A stretch of 64,000 nucleotides of DNA from Eledone cirrhosa (taxonomy: Eukaryota), in assembly GCA_964016885.1 (NCBI GenBank), contig OZ024741.1, positions 251,534,001-251,598,000 on the forward strand. Direction: 5' to 3'. A model generated the notes under the pieces. It worked only from the letters and a program-made list of their open reading frames with translations. It was not told the origin of the DNA and ran no database searches. How positions within the stretch are numbered: the first letter of the stretch is position 1; the number at the start of each line of letters is the position of its first letter. Below are positions 50,755 through 64,000 of this stretch, piece after piece. The position numbers and the translations under genes are program-made.

Positions 50755-53700
50755 TCTACACTGTCATACTGTATCTCTATACACTGCCACACTGTATCTC
50801 TATAAACTACCACACTGTATCTCTATACACTACCACACTGTATCTCTATACACTACCACACTGTATCTCTATACACTACCACACTGTATCTCTATACACT
50901 ACCACACTGTATCTCAATACTCTGCCACACTGTATCTCTATAAACTGCCACACTGTATCTCTATCCACTGTTACACTGTATCTCTATACACTGTCACATT
51001 GTACCATTTTACACTGCCACACAGTATCTCTATACACTACCACACTGTATCTCTATAAACTGCCACACTGTATCTCTATACACTGCCACACTGTATCATT
51101 ATACACTGCCACACTATATCTATACACTACCACACTGTATCTCTATACACTGCCACACTGTATCTCTATACACTACCACACTGTATCTCTATACACTACC
51201 ACACTGTATCTCTATACACTACCACACTGTATCTCAATACTCTGCCACACTGTATCTCTATAAACTGCCACACTGTATCTCTATACGCTGTTACACTGTA
51301 TCTCTATACACTGTCACATTGTACCATTTTACACTGCCACACAGTATCTCTATACACTGCCACACTGTATCTCTATAAACTGCCACACTGTATCTCTATA
51401 CACTGCCACACTGTATCATTATACACTGCCACACTATATCTATACACTACCACACTGTATCTCTATGCACTGGCATACTGTATCTCTATTCACTGTCACA
51501 CTATCTCTATACACTGCCACACTATATTTATACACTACCACACTGTATCTTTATACACTGCCACATTGTATCTCTATACACTGCCACACTGTATCTCTAT
51601 ACACTGTTACACTGTATCTCTATACACTGTCATACTGTATCTCTATACACTGCCACACTGTATCTCTATGCACTGCCACACTGTATCTCTATACACTGCC
51701 ACACTGTATCTCTATACACTGTTACACTGTATCTCTATACACTGTCATACTGTATCTCTATACACTGCCACACTGTATCTCTATGCACTGCCACACTGTA
51801 TCTCTATACACTGCCACATTGTATCTCTATACACTGCCACATTTTATCTCTATACACTGCCACACTGTATCTCTATACACTGCCACACTATATCTATACA
51901 CTGTTACACTGTATCTCTATACACTGTCATACTGTATCTCTATACACTGCCACATTGTATCCCTATGCACTGCCACACTGTATCTCTACACTGCCATACT
52001 GTATCTCTATACACTGTCACACTATCTCTATACACTGCCACACTATATCTATACACTACCACACTGTATCTCTATACTCTGCCATACTGTATCTCTACAC
52101 ACTGTCATACTGTATCTCTATACACTGCCACACTGTATCTCTATGCACTGTCACACTGTATCTCTACACACTGTCATACTCTATCTCTATACACTGCCAC
52201 ACTATCTCTATACACTGCCACACTGTATCTCTACACACTGTCATACTGTATCTCTATACACTGCGACACTGTATCTCTATACACTACCACACTGTATCTC
52301 TATACACTGCCACATTGTATCTCTATACACTGCCGCACTGTATCTCTATACACTGTTACACTGTATCTCTATACACTGTCATACTGTATCTCTATACACT
52401 GCCACACTGTATCTCTATGCACTGCCACACTGTATCTCCATACACTGCCACACTGTATCTCTATACACTGTTACACTGTATCTCTATACACTGTCATACT
52501 GTATCTCTATACACTGCCACACTGTATCTCTATACACTGCCATACTGTATCTCTATACACTGCCACACTGTATCTCTATACACTGTCATACTGTATCTCT
52601 ATACACTGCCACACTGTATCTCTACACACTGTCATACTGTATCTCTATACACTGCCATACTGTATCTCTATACACTGCCATACTGTATCTCTATACACTG
52701 CCACACTATCTCTATGCACTGCCACACTGTATCTCTATACACTGTCACACTGTATCTCTATACACTGCCACACTGTATCTCTATACACTGCCACACTATA
52801 TCTATACACGGTTACACTGTATCTCTATACACTGTCATACTGTATCTCTATACACTGCCACACTGTATCTCTATGCACTGTCACACTGTTATCTCTATAC
52901 ACTGCCATACTGTATCTCTATACACTGTCACACTATCTCTATACACTGCCACACTATATCTATACACTACCACACTGTATCTCTATACACTGCCATACTG
53001 TATCTCTTTACACTGCCATACTGTATCTCTATACACTGCCATACTGTATCTCAATACACTGCCACACTGTATCTCTATACACTGTTACACTGTATCTCTA
53101 TACACTGCAACACACTCTCTATACACTGACACACTGTACCTAAATACACTGGTACACTGTCTCTCTATGCACTGCCACACTATCTCTATACACTGTCACA
53201 TTGTAGCATTTTACACTGCCACACTGTATCTCTATACACTGTCATACTGTACCTCTATATACTGCCACACAATATCTCTATACACTGTCACACTGTATCT
53301 CTATACACTGTTACACTGTTACACTGTTACACTGTATCTCAATACACTGCCACACTGTATCTCTATACACTGTTACACTGTATCTCTATACATTGCCACA
53401 CTATCTCTATACACTGACACACTGTATCTCAATACACTGTTACACTGTCTCTCTATGCACTGCCACACTATCTCTATACACTGCCACACTATATTTATAC
53501 ACTACCACACTGTATATCTATACACTGCCACACTATATCTATACACTGCCACACTGTATCTTTATACACTGCCACACTGTATCTCTACACACTGTCATAT
53601 TGTATCTATATACACTGCCACACTGTCTCTCTATACACTGCCATACTGTATCTCTATACACTTCCACACTGTATCATTATACACTGCCACACTATCTCTA

Positions 53701-53830
53701 TACACTGCCACACTGTATCTCTATACACTGCCACACTGAATCTCTATACACTGCCACACTGTATCTCTATACACTGCCACACTATCTCTATACACTGCCA
53801 TACTGTATCTCTATGCACTGTCACACTTCT
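50755..53830. repeat. 23-bp minisatellite
   Basis: Unit ctatacactgccacactgtatct over about 3 kb. Confidence 0.95.
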
Positions 53831-53994
53831 GTTACACCTGACACACTATATCTACACCTCACACTATATCTATATATTCTGTCACACCTGATATTGTAAC
53901 TCTGTCACGCCTGTCACACCGTATGTCTATACAATGTCACACACAGCAATGTACCGCTGTACACTGTCACAACGAACAACGTATCACTCTAGAT

Positions 53995-54289
53995 CAGGAG
54001 TGTGCAACATATTCCATTGGCCGCCACTTTTGAACATTGGAACAACTATTAGGGCCATTAATATTTATTGAGCACTATTCCAAAGATTCTCCACAACTTC
54101 TTTCCATAACATGGAACTGGGAAATTATAACACACATAATCCTATCAGTGAAGCCCTTTAGTATACGTCAACTAACAGAAAATTGTATTATGGCTACGAA
54201 AAAAATTCTAAATAAGTCTACAAGGTAAAAATTAAAAACTGTCATCACAGGTCACTCTGACTGGTCTGGCTGCCTGTTGCATGCCCCTA
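53995..54289. mobile_element. hAT MITE
   Basis: CAGGAGTGTGCAAC / GTTGCATGCCCCTA ends with a perfect 8-bp TSD CTCTAGAT. Confidence 0.8.
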
Positions 54290-54321
54290 CTCTAGATTGT
54301 GTAAACTTGCTCTCTGTCACT

Positions 54322-54780
54322 CCAGATGTGTCACAAATCACTCCACATGTGCCACAAACCTCTCCACATGTGTCACAAACCACTCCACATGTGCCACAAA
54401 CCTCTCCACGTGTGTCATAAACTTCACCACATGTGCCACAAACCTCTCCACGTGTGTCACAAACTTCTCCACATGTGCCACAAACCTCTCCACATGTGTC
54501 ACAAACCAATCCACATGTGCCACAAATCTCTCTACATGTGTCACAAACCTCTCCACATGTGCCACAAACCTCCCCACATGTGCCACAAACCTCCCCACAT
54601 GTGTCACACCACTCCACATGTGTCACAAACCTCTCCACATGTGTCACAAACCACTCCACATGTGTCACAAAACACCCCACATGTATCATAAACTACTCCA
54701 CATGTGTCACAAACTACTCCAGATGTGCCACAAACCATTCCACGTGTGTCACAAACCACTCTACATGTGTCACAAGACAC
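54322..54780. repeat. 21-bp minisatellite
   Basis: Unit cacatgtg(c/t)cacaaacctctc. Confidence 0.95.
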
Positions 54781-55148
54781 TCTACTGTACTACAAATAGT
54801 TGATGCAGCTCATTTCCCATTATGTAACACACAAATTTCTGCTAACCACACTAAGTGTGTTAACCTGCATTTAACTATAGGCTTTTCATGCAGAAGTCAC
54901 CCACTATGAAGTACATGCATATAAAACTCTTTTCAGACATAAACAATTCACACAGTATGTATAAATCTCACATATATTATATATAAACCTTTCACACATG
55001 ACTTAACGGCTATCTCACAAACTATATATATAAACGTGACACACTATTATTATCATCGTCGTCAATGTTTTTATGCTTGCATGGATTGGATGGGTCCTTT
55101 TCAACACAGCATCTCTCAACCTGCCATGTTCCTTCATCTACATATATA

Positions 55149-56160
55149 CGAGGGGGCTTCAAAAAGTTTGTGAGAAAAGTACATAGCTAAAAATCATATG
55201 CAGAGATTTTGATTTCAATGCACCTGTATGCTCTTGTACTATCATGTCATAACATGTTCTAAGATAAACTCTTAAATGCATGTTGCAATGCGTCACCACC
55301 AGTCGAAAGTCAGCACCTGCTTGAACAACATGGCCTTCATCAAAATTGAGACCAGGACAAACATCAAATTCATGGTAAGCTAGGGTGGAAGAGCAGCCAA
55401 ATCATCGACATTATGGAGCAAGTTTATGGGGACAATGCTACAGATGGATAAATCGTTTTAAGAAGTGGAGGAGATGAGGTTGATGATGATCCCTGCAGAG
55501 GCAAGCCATCCACATCGGTCTGTGTGGAAAACATCGATGCTGTTGATGACCTAATTGAAAAGGACAGGCGAATAGCCACTGAATCAGCAGCCAACACTCT
55601 CAACATCTCTGTGGGTTCTACACTCACAATTCTGGTGGAGAGTTTGGGGCTGAGCAAGCTTTCCACTCGATAGGTCCCAAAGCTGTTGTGCCCAGATCAG
55701 CAGCAAACAAGGGCAGATCTTTCGACAGAAATTTTGAACATGTGGGATGAAGACCCTGAAGTTTTTCTGCAAAGGATTGTTACTATGGATGAAACATGAC
55801 TCTACCAGTATAATCCCAAGGACAAAACTCAATTGAAGCAGTGGCTGCCCAACGATAGAAGTGGGCCAGTCAAAGCAAAATAGGAGCATTCAAGAGTGAA
55901 TGTCATGGTGACTGTCTTCTGGAATGCAGAGAGGACTTTGCTGGTTGACATCCTTGGGAACAAGAGAACAATTACAGTTGCATATTATGAAGGCGTTTTG
56001 AGAAAACACATGGCCCTCAGATTTACACAGATGGACTTAAAGGCTGGTATCAATGCTTGCAGAAGTGTATTGATCTAGATGGAGCACATGTTGAAAAATA
56101 AACATCATAACTTAAACCGTTTTATCCAACTGTCCTTTTTCCACGAATCTTTTGAAACAT
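55149..56160 (+). mobile_element. Decayed mariner transposon, Hsmar2/irritans-like, internally deleted
   Basis: TA + TIR cgagggggcttcaaaaagtttgtgagaaaa; degenerate right TIR ttttccacgaatcttttgaa near 56137-56157. Broken transposase from ATG 55330 (IETRTNIKFM, LSKLSTR*VPKLL, IVTMDET*LYQY, VMVTVFWN, GWYQCLQKCIDLDGAHVEK* ending 56101). Confidence 0.9.
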
Positions 56161-56733
56161 GACACCCAATATATAAATTCCACACATTATACATAAACCT
56201 TACACATTATATATAAACACTGCACAATGTACAAACACTGCACTATACATAAGCATTGTACTTTATATAGACTTTCAACTTTATATAAAACATCACAATA
56301 TACAAACTTTAGTCTATTTCTATATCTAATGTCTTCAACTTGATTTTATTTTTGTTTCTGATTGTATATTATTAGATTTGGAAACAAATTATGACCAGAT
56401 TATATAAAAATATTGCAATAAGAATATGATGATAAATATAATTTACCATCTTTGGTGGGTCTGTGGCCCTTGCTCAGTTCACTTAAAATATATACCCCTA
56501 GAATTGGCTATTTTGTACATCTTATAACAAAAAATGCCAGCATAAGAATAACACAAGGTACCAATCTCTGGTTTAGTTACATTAACTCTTCTTTTAACCA
56601 AGGAATTTTATCATGAAATATAGACTAACTAAACACCTCCAAAATAACATTCTAACAACTTTGTTATGATTATTTTTAAAATTTAATGTCCAATTTTCAT
56701 TGTGAAACCCTCTGAAGAAACATACTATTTTAA

Positions 56734-56954
56734 CCCTTTAGCATTTAAACTGGCCATATCTGGCCAGAATTCTCTCACCTCTTTCTTTTCAAACTGGCCA
56801 TAACTGGCCACTCAAACTTATGATAGGGTATTGTTCTCAAAATAAATAATATCAAAATCTTATAGATTTGATGTTATGTGAGATAATTATGTGAGATAAA
56901 GTGTTTACTATGAAAATATAATTGTAAATATAGAGTAATATAAATGCTAAAGGG
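56734..56954. mobile_element. piggyBac-type MITE
   Basis: TTAA|CCCTTTAGCATTTA...TAAATGCTAAAGGG|TTAA. Confidence 0.9.
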
Positions 56955-57108
56955 TTAAACACTATAATTCTAGAAGCCTTTTCTGTGAATGACCACTCAA
57001 ATATAAATGAGAAGTAGTAGCAATGTGTCAGGATTATTCACAAGACAAATAAAATGCAAAAGTGAAACTTGCTCCCAAGCTCCACATGAACATCAAAACT
57101 ATACTTAC

Positions 57109-59529
57109 CAACAGCACTGATGCAGGCCTCCGTTCTGATGTTGATGTGGTCCACTCACTTTGGGACTCGTATTGAGGATAAAACTCCCGACTCGACTCCA
57201 TAAACTGAGTGTTTCTGTTTTTCATTTCTGAGTGCCTTGAGGCAGGAACAGGTTTTTTGGTCAGAGATATGAAATGGCTTTTTTCTCTATTGGCTGGGAT
57301 GGTTGTACTAATCTCTGTCGGTTCCAAGTGATTCCGACCGTTATTACATCTGACAATACACAGGGTTATAGATACTACAATGGCTACTGAAGCTATTACA
57401 GCAGCCGTTACAATAACAATGACCCAGGTCAAATTAATCATGTTGTCAGTCTGTAACGGGACATTATTCAGTGCAGGAGATGTCTTGTTGCTGACAGTCA
57501 GTGCTAAAGACACAGTGGTTGTCACTGATAGAACTGGGACACCGCTGTCCTTCACAACAAATTCCAAGTCATAGGTACCGGCATCATTTTGGTAAACAGT
57601 CCGAGCAAAAGACAACACCCCAGAATAGGGATTAATAGCAAAGAGCTGTTTATTGTTGCCTTTTACTATTTCATATTTAAGGAAAGCATTTAAATGACTG
57701 TCCCTGTCTGAAGCCCTTAATACAGTGATTTCCTTTTTACTTTGGGGATGATAGTGAACATTTAAATTGAAAGGGTCTGAACTAGGGAATGTGAAATAAG
57801 GGGCATTATCATTCTCATCTAAAACTTCAACAATGACATTGGCTGTGTTATTTAGGGAAGGGTTTCCATTGTCTTTAACAAACACATGGAACTTATAAAC
57901 ATTTTGTTGTTCTCTATCCAGTGGTATGGTGGTTGAGATAAAACCATAATCAGTTATTTGGAATGGTATCACATGTTTACTGGTACTCAACAGAGAAAAT
58001 GTCAGTCGACCACCAGATCCCATATCAGGGTCTGTGGCATTAATAAAACCTATGGGAAAGTTTGTTTTCCCATTTTCATAAGTCAAAAATTTGAAAGTGT
58101 CTTTAGTAAATTGTGGCTGTACATCGTTGACATCTATTACTTCAATGGAGAACTGTCTTTGAGTTTGTAAGGGAGGGGATCCTTTATCTTCACAAGAAAT
58201 TGTAATATCATACCTATCTTGTTTCTCTCTGTCAACAGGTTTTCTCAATGTTATTTTATATTCATTTGAACCTAAGTCAAATAGAAGGAATTTTTCATGT
58301 TCCAAAGTACATTCCACCTCACCATTCTGTCCAACGTCATTGTCAATAACACTGACATAAGCTATGAAACTACCGACTTTAATTCCCTCAGAAATGGCTG
58401 CTGTATTCTCTTTTATCTGAGTGACAAAGTTGACATCTATTTCTGGTGCTATATTGTGTTGGTTAATCACATTCACCAAAACCATGGCTATGGAACTGAG
58501 AGGGAAGCTAGCTTGATCTGTGGCTCTCACAAATAATTTATAAGCTTGCTTTCGTTCCAAAGAAATATCTTTCTGAAGGAATATTTCCCCAGTTACTTGA
58601 TTCAAACGAAAATGAGATTTGACACTCTCTGGTGTCTCTGAACTGAAGTAATAAGAAACATGGCCATTTTCGCCAAAATCTGAGTCTTTTGCAGATAATA
58701 TCACAATTGGTTTGTTTCTTTGATATGTATTTTGTATAGAAATGTTGTAAATATCATTAGTAAAAACTGGTGCATTATCATTAACGTCTGACACAGATAT
58801 TTTTACATCCAAACTACTCTGTTTGGGTGGGTAACCTCCATCTTTAGCTACCACTCGAAGATTATAGGAATCTTTCACTTCTCTGTCAAGTTTTCTCTCT
58901 AAAATAATTCCAAGTTCTGATCTGCCACTTATGGTCTTTTTAACTGATAATGTAAAAGGACAGGATGCTTTTTCTGAGCTGCGTTCTATTTGATAAGTGA
59001 TTTTAGAGTTGACAACACCGACATCCTTGTCAACGGCATTGGGTATGGATTTCCTCATACCTTTCCCATCACCTTCGTCAAACTGAAGACTGACCAGTTC
59101 TTTGGCAAACTCAGGTTTATGGTCATTTATATCTACAATTACAACTTTAACCTTCAGTATTTTCATAAAAGTTTCAGCTCGGTGGATAGCAATTTTGAAA
59201 ACTCTGAAACATTCAGCATTATATGTACATAGAGTCTCAGCATCTAGCGTCTGTGCTGTGTATAGTTTGCCTGCTTTAGTGACGTTGAACAGCTGGTATT
59301 TTCCATTACGTCGCTGCTTTAACTGGTTAAATGTTACTAAATTGTGATGTTGGAAAGGTAGACTGTCCCTTAAGTGTGAATCAGCAGCAATGTCTCCTAG
59401 ATAGGTACCTGAATACTTCTCCTCCTCTACATGATAGGTGAGGTCAATGCTGAAGCAGCAGCCGGTAAGGTAACATAGTAATATAATAACCGACTGTATC
59501 AACATATACACCCCATTGATGACATTCAT
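57109..59529 (-). CDS. Protocadherin (cephalopod-type), large first coding exon: signal peptide, 6 cadherin repeats, TM helix, partial cytoplasmic tail
   Basis: Uninterrupted ORF with cadherin motifs (DINDHKPEF, DVNDNAPVF, DENDNAPYF, LDRE/VDRE, AKDGG, DPDMG, DSDFGENG), EC1 C-X5-C (CTYNAEC), hydrophobic N-terminus and TM WVIVIVTAAVIASVAIVVSITLCIV. Start context aaccATGa. Consensus donor TTG|GTAAGT after codon 807 (2421 nt, phase 0). The unspliced ORF would run to 57034. Confidence 0.95.
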
Positions 59530-59600
59530 GGTTCAATCTCCACTCACAGCACTGACAGCTTCTGAAATATATAAGAGAGGAAGAGAGTGAGTGAGAGTGT
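59530..59600 (-). other. Splice acceptor and short 5' UTR part of the protocadherin exon
   Basis: Minus strand reads ctctcttcctctcttatatatttcag|aagctgtcagtg...gaaccATG. AG at 59563-59562 follows a pyrimidine tract, implying an upstream non-coding exon. Confidence 0.6.
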
Positions 59601-59603
59601 GAG

Positions 59604-59690
<87 letters not shown>

Positions 59691-59754
59691 GACAGACAAT
59701 CAGAGATAGTGAGTGTGAGAGTGAAGTGTGAGAGTGAGAAATGAACAGTTGAAT

Positions 59755-60400
59755 TTAAAATACAAGCAGGCATGAAGAATTGCAGCAGAGACAGTAAAGG
59801 CATCCAAAGTTAAGACATGGGAGGACTTTGGGTGTTAAGCTGGAATCTGACTTCAGATCAGCAAATAAAGTGTTCTGGCAGGCCATCCGCTGAAGTTGTA
59901 ATAAGAAGCTCTCCTCCACACCTGCTATCAAGAACATGTCTGGGGTTCTCCTCACTTCAGAGAGGTGCATCCACATGAGGTAGAAAGGATACTTTGCTGA
60001 TCTTCTACACCCAGTCACAACAGCATCTTCTGATGTACATGAGGTGCATCTGGGAGCAGTGACTAATCTCTCAGAGGCTGAGGTCACAAGAGCAGTTAAG
60101 GAGTTCAAATTTGGCAAAGCTGCTTGGGAAGATGAAATCCATTCCGAGATGTTTAAAGCCTTAAATACAGAAGGTATTCCCTGGCTGACTTATGTGTGCT
60201 GGCGGTCTGGATCTCTGCACAGGCACTTAAGCAGTGGCAATTGGGAGTGATAATATCAATTTTCAAAACGGGAGACAAAAGAGATTGATCCAGTTATAGA
60301 GGGATCTACTACTTAAGCCTACCCAGTAAAGTCTATGCTAAGTGTCTGGCAAAGAGATGTAGGGAGATTGTTGAGTCCAGGCTAGTTGATGAACAGTCTG
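59755..60400 (+). mobile_element. RTE-clade LINE fragment (pre-RT region)
   Basis: Peptides KLESDFRSANKVFWQAIR, GKAAWEDEIHSEMFKAL, SIFKTGDKRD, LSLPSKVYAKCL, EQSG; disrupted. Confidence 0.8.
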
Positions 60401-60489
60401 GTTATCTTAGTACATACCAGTTATTTTACACAACACACGTGTTACATCTATCTGACACACTTCACACTATTTACATCTTTGACACACCA

Positions 60490-63400
60490 TACATCAGATA
60501 CGACACTACAACACCAGATAAGACACACAACACTTCAGATAAGACAAACTACACATCAGATAAACCACACAACACTCCAGATAAGACATACTACACATCA
60601 GATAAGACACACTACACACCAGCTAACACATACAACACAGAAGATAAGACACACTACACACCAGATACGACACACTACACACCAGATACGACACACTACA
60701 CACCAGATAAGACACATTACACACCAGATAAGACATACTACACACTAGATACGACACACTACACACCAGATAAGACACACTACACACCAGATACGACATA
60801 CTACACACCAGATAAGACACATTACACACCAGATAAGACACACTACACATCAGATAAACCACACAACACTCCAGATAAGACACACTATACACCAGATAAG
60901 ACAGACTACAGACCAGATAAGACACACTACACACCAGATAACACATATTACACACCAGATAAGACACACTACACTCCAGATAGACACACTACACAGCAGA
61001 TAAGACACACTACACACCAGCTAAGACATACAACACACCAGCTAAGACACACTACACACCAGATACGACACACTACACACCAGGTAAGACACACTACACA
61101 CCAGATATGACATAGTACACACCAGATAAGACACACTACACACCAGATAAGACACACTACACAGCAGATAAGACACACAACACACCAGATAAGACACACT
61201 ACACACCATATAAGACACACTACACACCAGATAAGACACACTACAAACCAGATACGACACACTACACACCAGATACGACACATTTTACAGCAGATAAACC
61301 ACACAGCACACTTGATAAGACACTCTACACACCAGATACGACACACAAAACACCAGATAAGACATACTACACAGCAGATAAGACACACTACACACCAGAT
61401 AAGACATACTACACACCAGATACGACACATTTTACAGCAGATAAACCACACAGCACACTTGATAAGACACACTACACACCAGATAAGACACACTACACAC
61501 CAGATAAGACACTACACACCAGATAAGACGCATTACACACCAGATAAGACACACTACACACCAGATAAGACATACAACACACCAGCTAAGACAGACTACA
61601 CACCAGATAAGACACACTACACACCAGATAAGACATACAACACACCAGCTAAGACAGACTACACACCAGATAAGACACACTACACACTAGATAAGACACA
61701 TTACACAGCATATAAACCACACAACACACCAGATGAGACACACTACACACCAGGTACGACACACTACACACCAGATAAGACACATTACACACCAGATAAG
61801 ACATACTACACACTAGATACGACACACTAAACACCAAATCAGAAACACTACACACCAGATACGACACACTACACTCCAGATAAGACATACTACACACCAG
61901 ATAAGACACACTACACACCAGATAAGACACACTACACACCAGATACGACATACTACACACCAGATAAGACACATTACACACCAGATAAGACACACTACAC
62001 ATCAGATAAACCACATAACACTCCAGATAAGACACACTACACACCAGATAAGATACACTACAGACCAGATAAGACACACTACACACCAGATAACACATAG
62101 TACACACCAGATAAGACACACTACACTCCAGATAGACACACTACACAGCAGATAAGACACACTACACACCAGCTAAGACATACAACACACCAGCTAAGAC
62201 ACACTACACACCAGATACGACACACTACACAGCAGATAAGACACACTACACACCAGCTAAGACATACAACACACCAGCTAAGACACACTACACACCAGAT
62301 ACGACACACTACACACCAGGTAAGACACACTACACACCAGATATGACATAGTACACACCAGATACGACACACTACACACCAGATAAGACACACTACACAC
62401 CAGATAAGACACACTACACACCATATAAGACACACTACACACCAGATAAGACACACTACAAACCAGATACGACACACTACACACCAGATACGACAGACTA
62501 CACACCAGATAAGACACATTTTACAGCAGATAAACCACACAACACACTTGATCAGACACTCTACACACCAAATACGACACACAAAACACCAGATAAGACA
62601 TACTACACAGCAGATAAGACACACTACACACCAGATAAGACATACTACACACCAGTTAAGACACACTACACACCAGATAAGACACACTACACACCAGATA
62701 AGACACACTACACACCAGATAAGACACACTACACACCAGATTAGACACTACACACCAGATAAGACACATTACACACCAGATAAGACAAACTACACACCAG
62801 ATAAGACATACAACACACCAGCTAAGACAGACTTCACACCAGATAAGACACACTACACACCAGATAAGACATACAACACACCAGCTAAGACAGACTACAC
62901 ACCAGATAAGACACACTACACACTAGATAAGACACATTACACAGCAGATAAACCACACAACACACCAGATCAGACACACTACACACAAGGTACGACACAC
63001 TACACACCAGATAAGACACACTACACACCACATAAGACACACTACACACCAGATAAGACACACTACACACCAGATACGACACACTACACACCAGATAAGA
63101 CACACTACACACCAGAAAAGACACACTACGCAGCAGATAACACATACTACACACCAGATAAGACACACTACACACCAGATAAGACAAACTACACACCAGA
63201 TAAGACACACTACACACCAGCTAAGACACATTACACACCAGATAAACCACACAACACACCAGATAAGACAAACTACACGCCAGATAAGAAACAATACAGA
63301 GCAGATAAAACATAGTACACACCAGATAAGACACATTACACTCCATATAAGACATACTACACACCAGATACGACATACTACACACCAGATACGACACACT

Positions 63401-64000
63401 ACACACCGGATAAGACACACTACCCACCAGTTAAGACACACTACACACCAGATAAGATAAACTACACACCAGATAAGACACACTACACAGCAGATAAGAC
63501 ACGCTACACACCTGATAAGACACACGACACACCAGCAGAGACACACTATGTACCAGATACGACACACTACACACCAAATAAGACACACTACACACCAGAT
63601 AAGACTCACTACACACCAGATAAGACACACTACACACCAGATAAGACATACTACACACCAGATACGACACACTACACACCAGATAAGACACACTACCCAC
63701 CAGATACGACACAATACACATCCAGATAAGACACACTATACACCAGATAAGACATACTAGACACCAGATGCGACATACTACACACCAGATACGACATACT
63801 ACACACCAGATAAGACATACTACACACCAGATACGATACACTACACACCAGACAAGACACACTACCCACCAGATAAGACACACTACACACCAGATAGACA
63901 CACTACACAGCAGGTAAGACACACTACACAACAGATAAGACACATTTTACAGCAGATAAACCACACAACACACTTGATAAGACACTCAACACACCAGATA
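60490..64000. repeat. 21-bp minisatellite running off the window end
   Basis: Unit cacactacacaccagataaga. Confidence 0.95.

Noticed and set aside
51465-53739. 500-600 aa Cys/His/Tyr-rich ORFs in three frames (also 60439-63943)
   Set aside because: Translations of 23-bp and 21-bp minisatellites, not zinc-finger or structural genes.

Overview
Eukaryotic, AT-rich, repeat-saturated genomic DNA, most likely from a coleoid cephalopod (Octopus-like). This is inferred from the protocadherin type, the SINE families and the microsatellite load. The only credible protein-coding sequence is one large minus-strand protocadherin exon (ATG 59529, phase-0 GTAAGT donor at 57108) encoding a signal peptide, six cadherin repeats, a TM helix and the start of the cytoplasmic tail. 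The rest is intron or intergenic DNA: micro- and minisatellites (the source of nearly all listed ORFs), tRNA-derived SINEs, RTE and L1/Tx1 LINE fragments, piggyBac-, hAT- and Tc1-type MITEs, Helitron-like elements and a decayed Hsmar2-like mariner. The most unusual signal is a swarm of short elements, mostly lodged in (TA)n tracts, that carry minimal type I hammerhead ribozyme motifs (stem I-CUGANGA-stem II-GAAA-palindromic stem III-UH-stem I). I count about a dozen near-complete motifs plus several halves, from several unrelated sequence families. Most sit in fold-back inversions, and one is in a 421-bp tandem monomer. They resemble Penelope-like pLTR remnants or non-LTR retrozymes. All calls were made by eye; no searches or folding programs were run.
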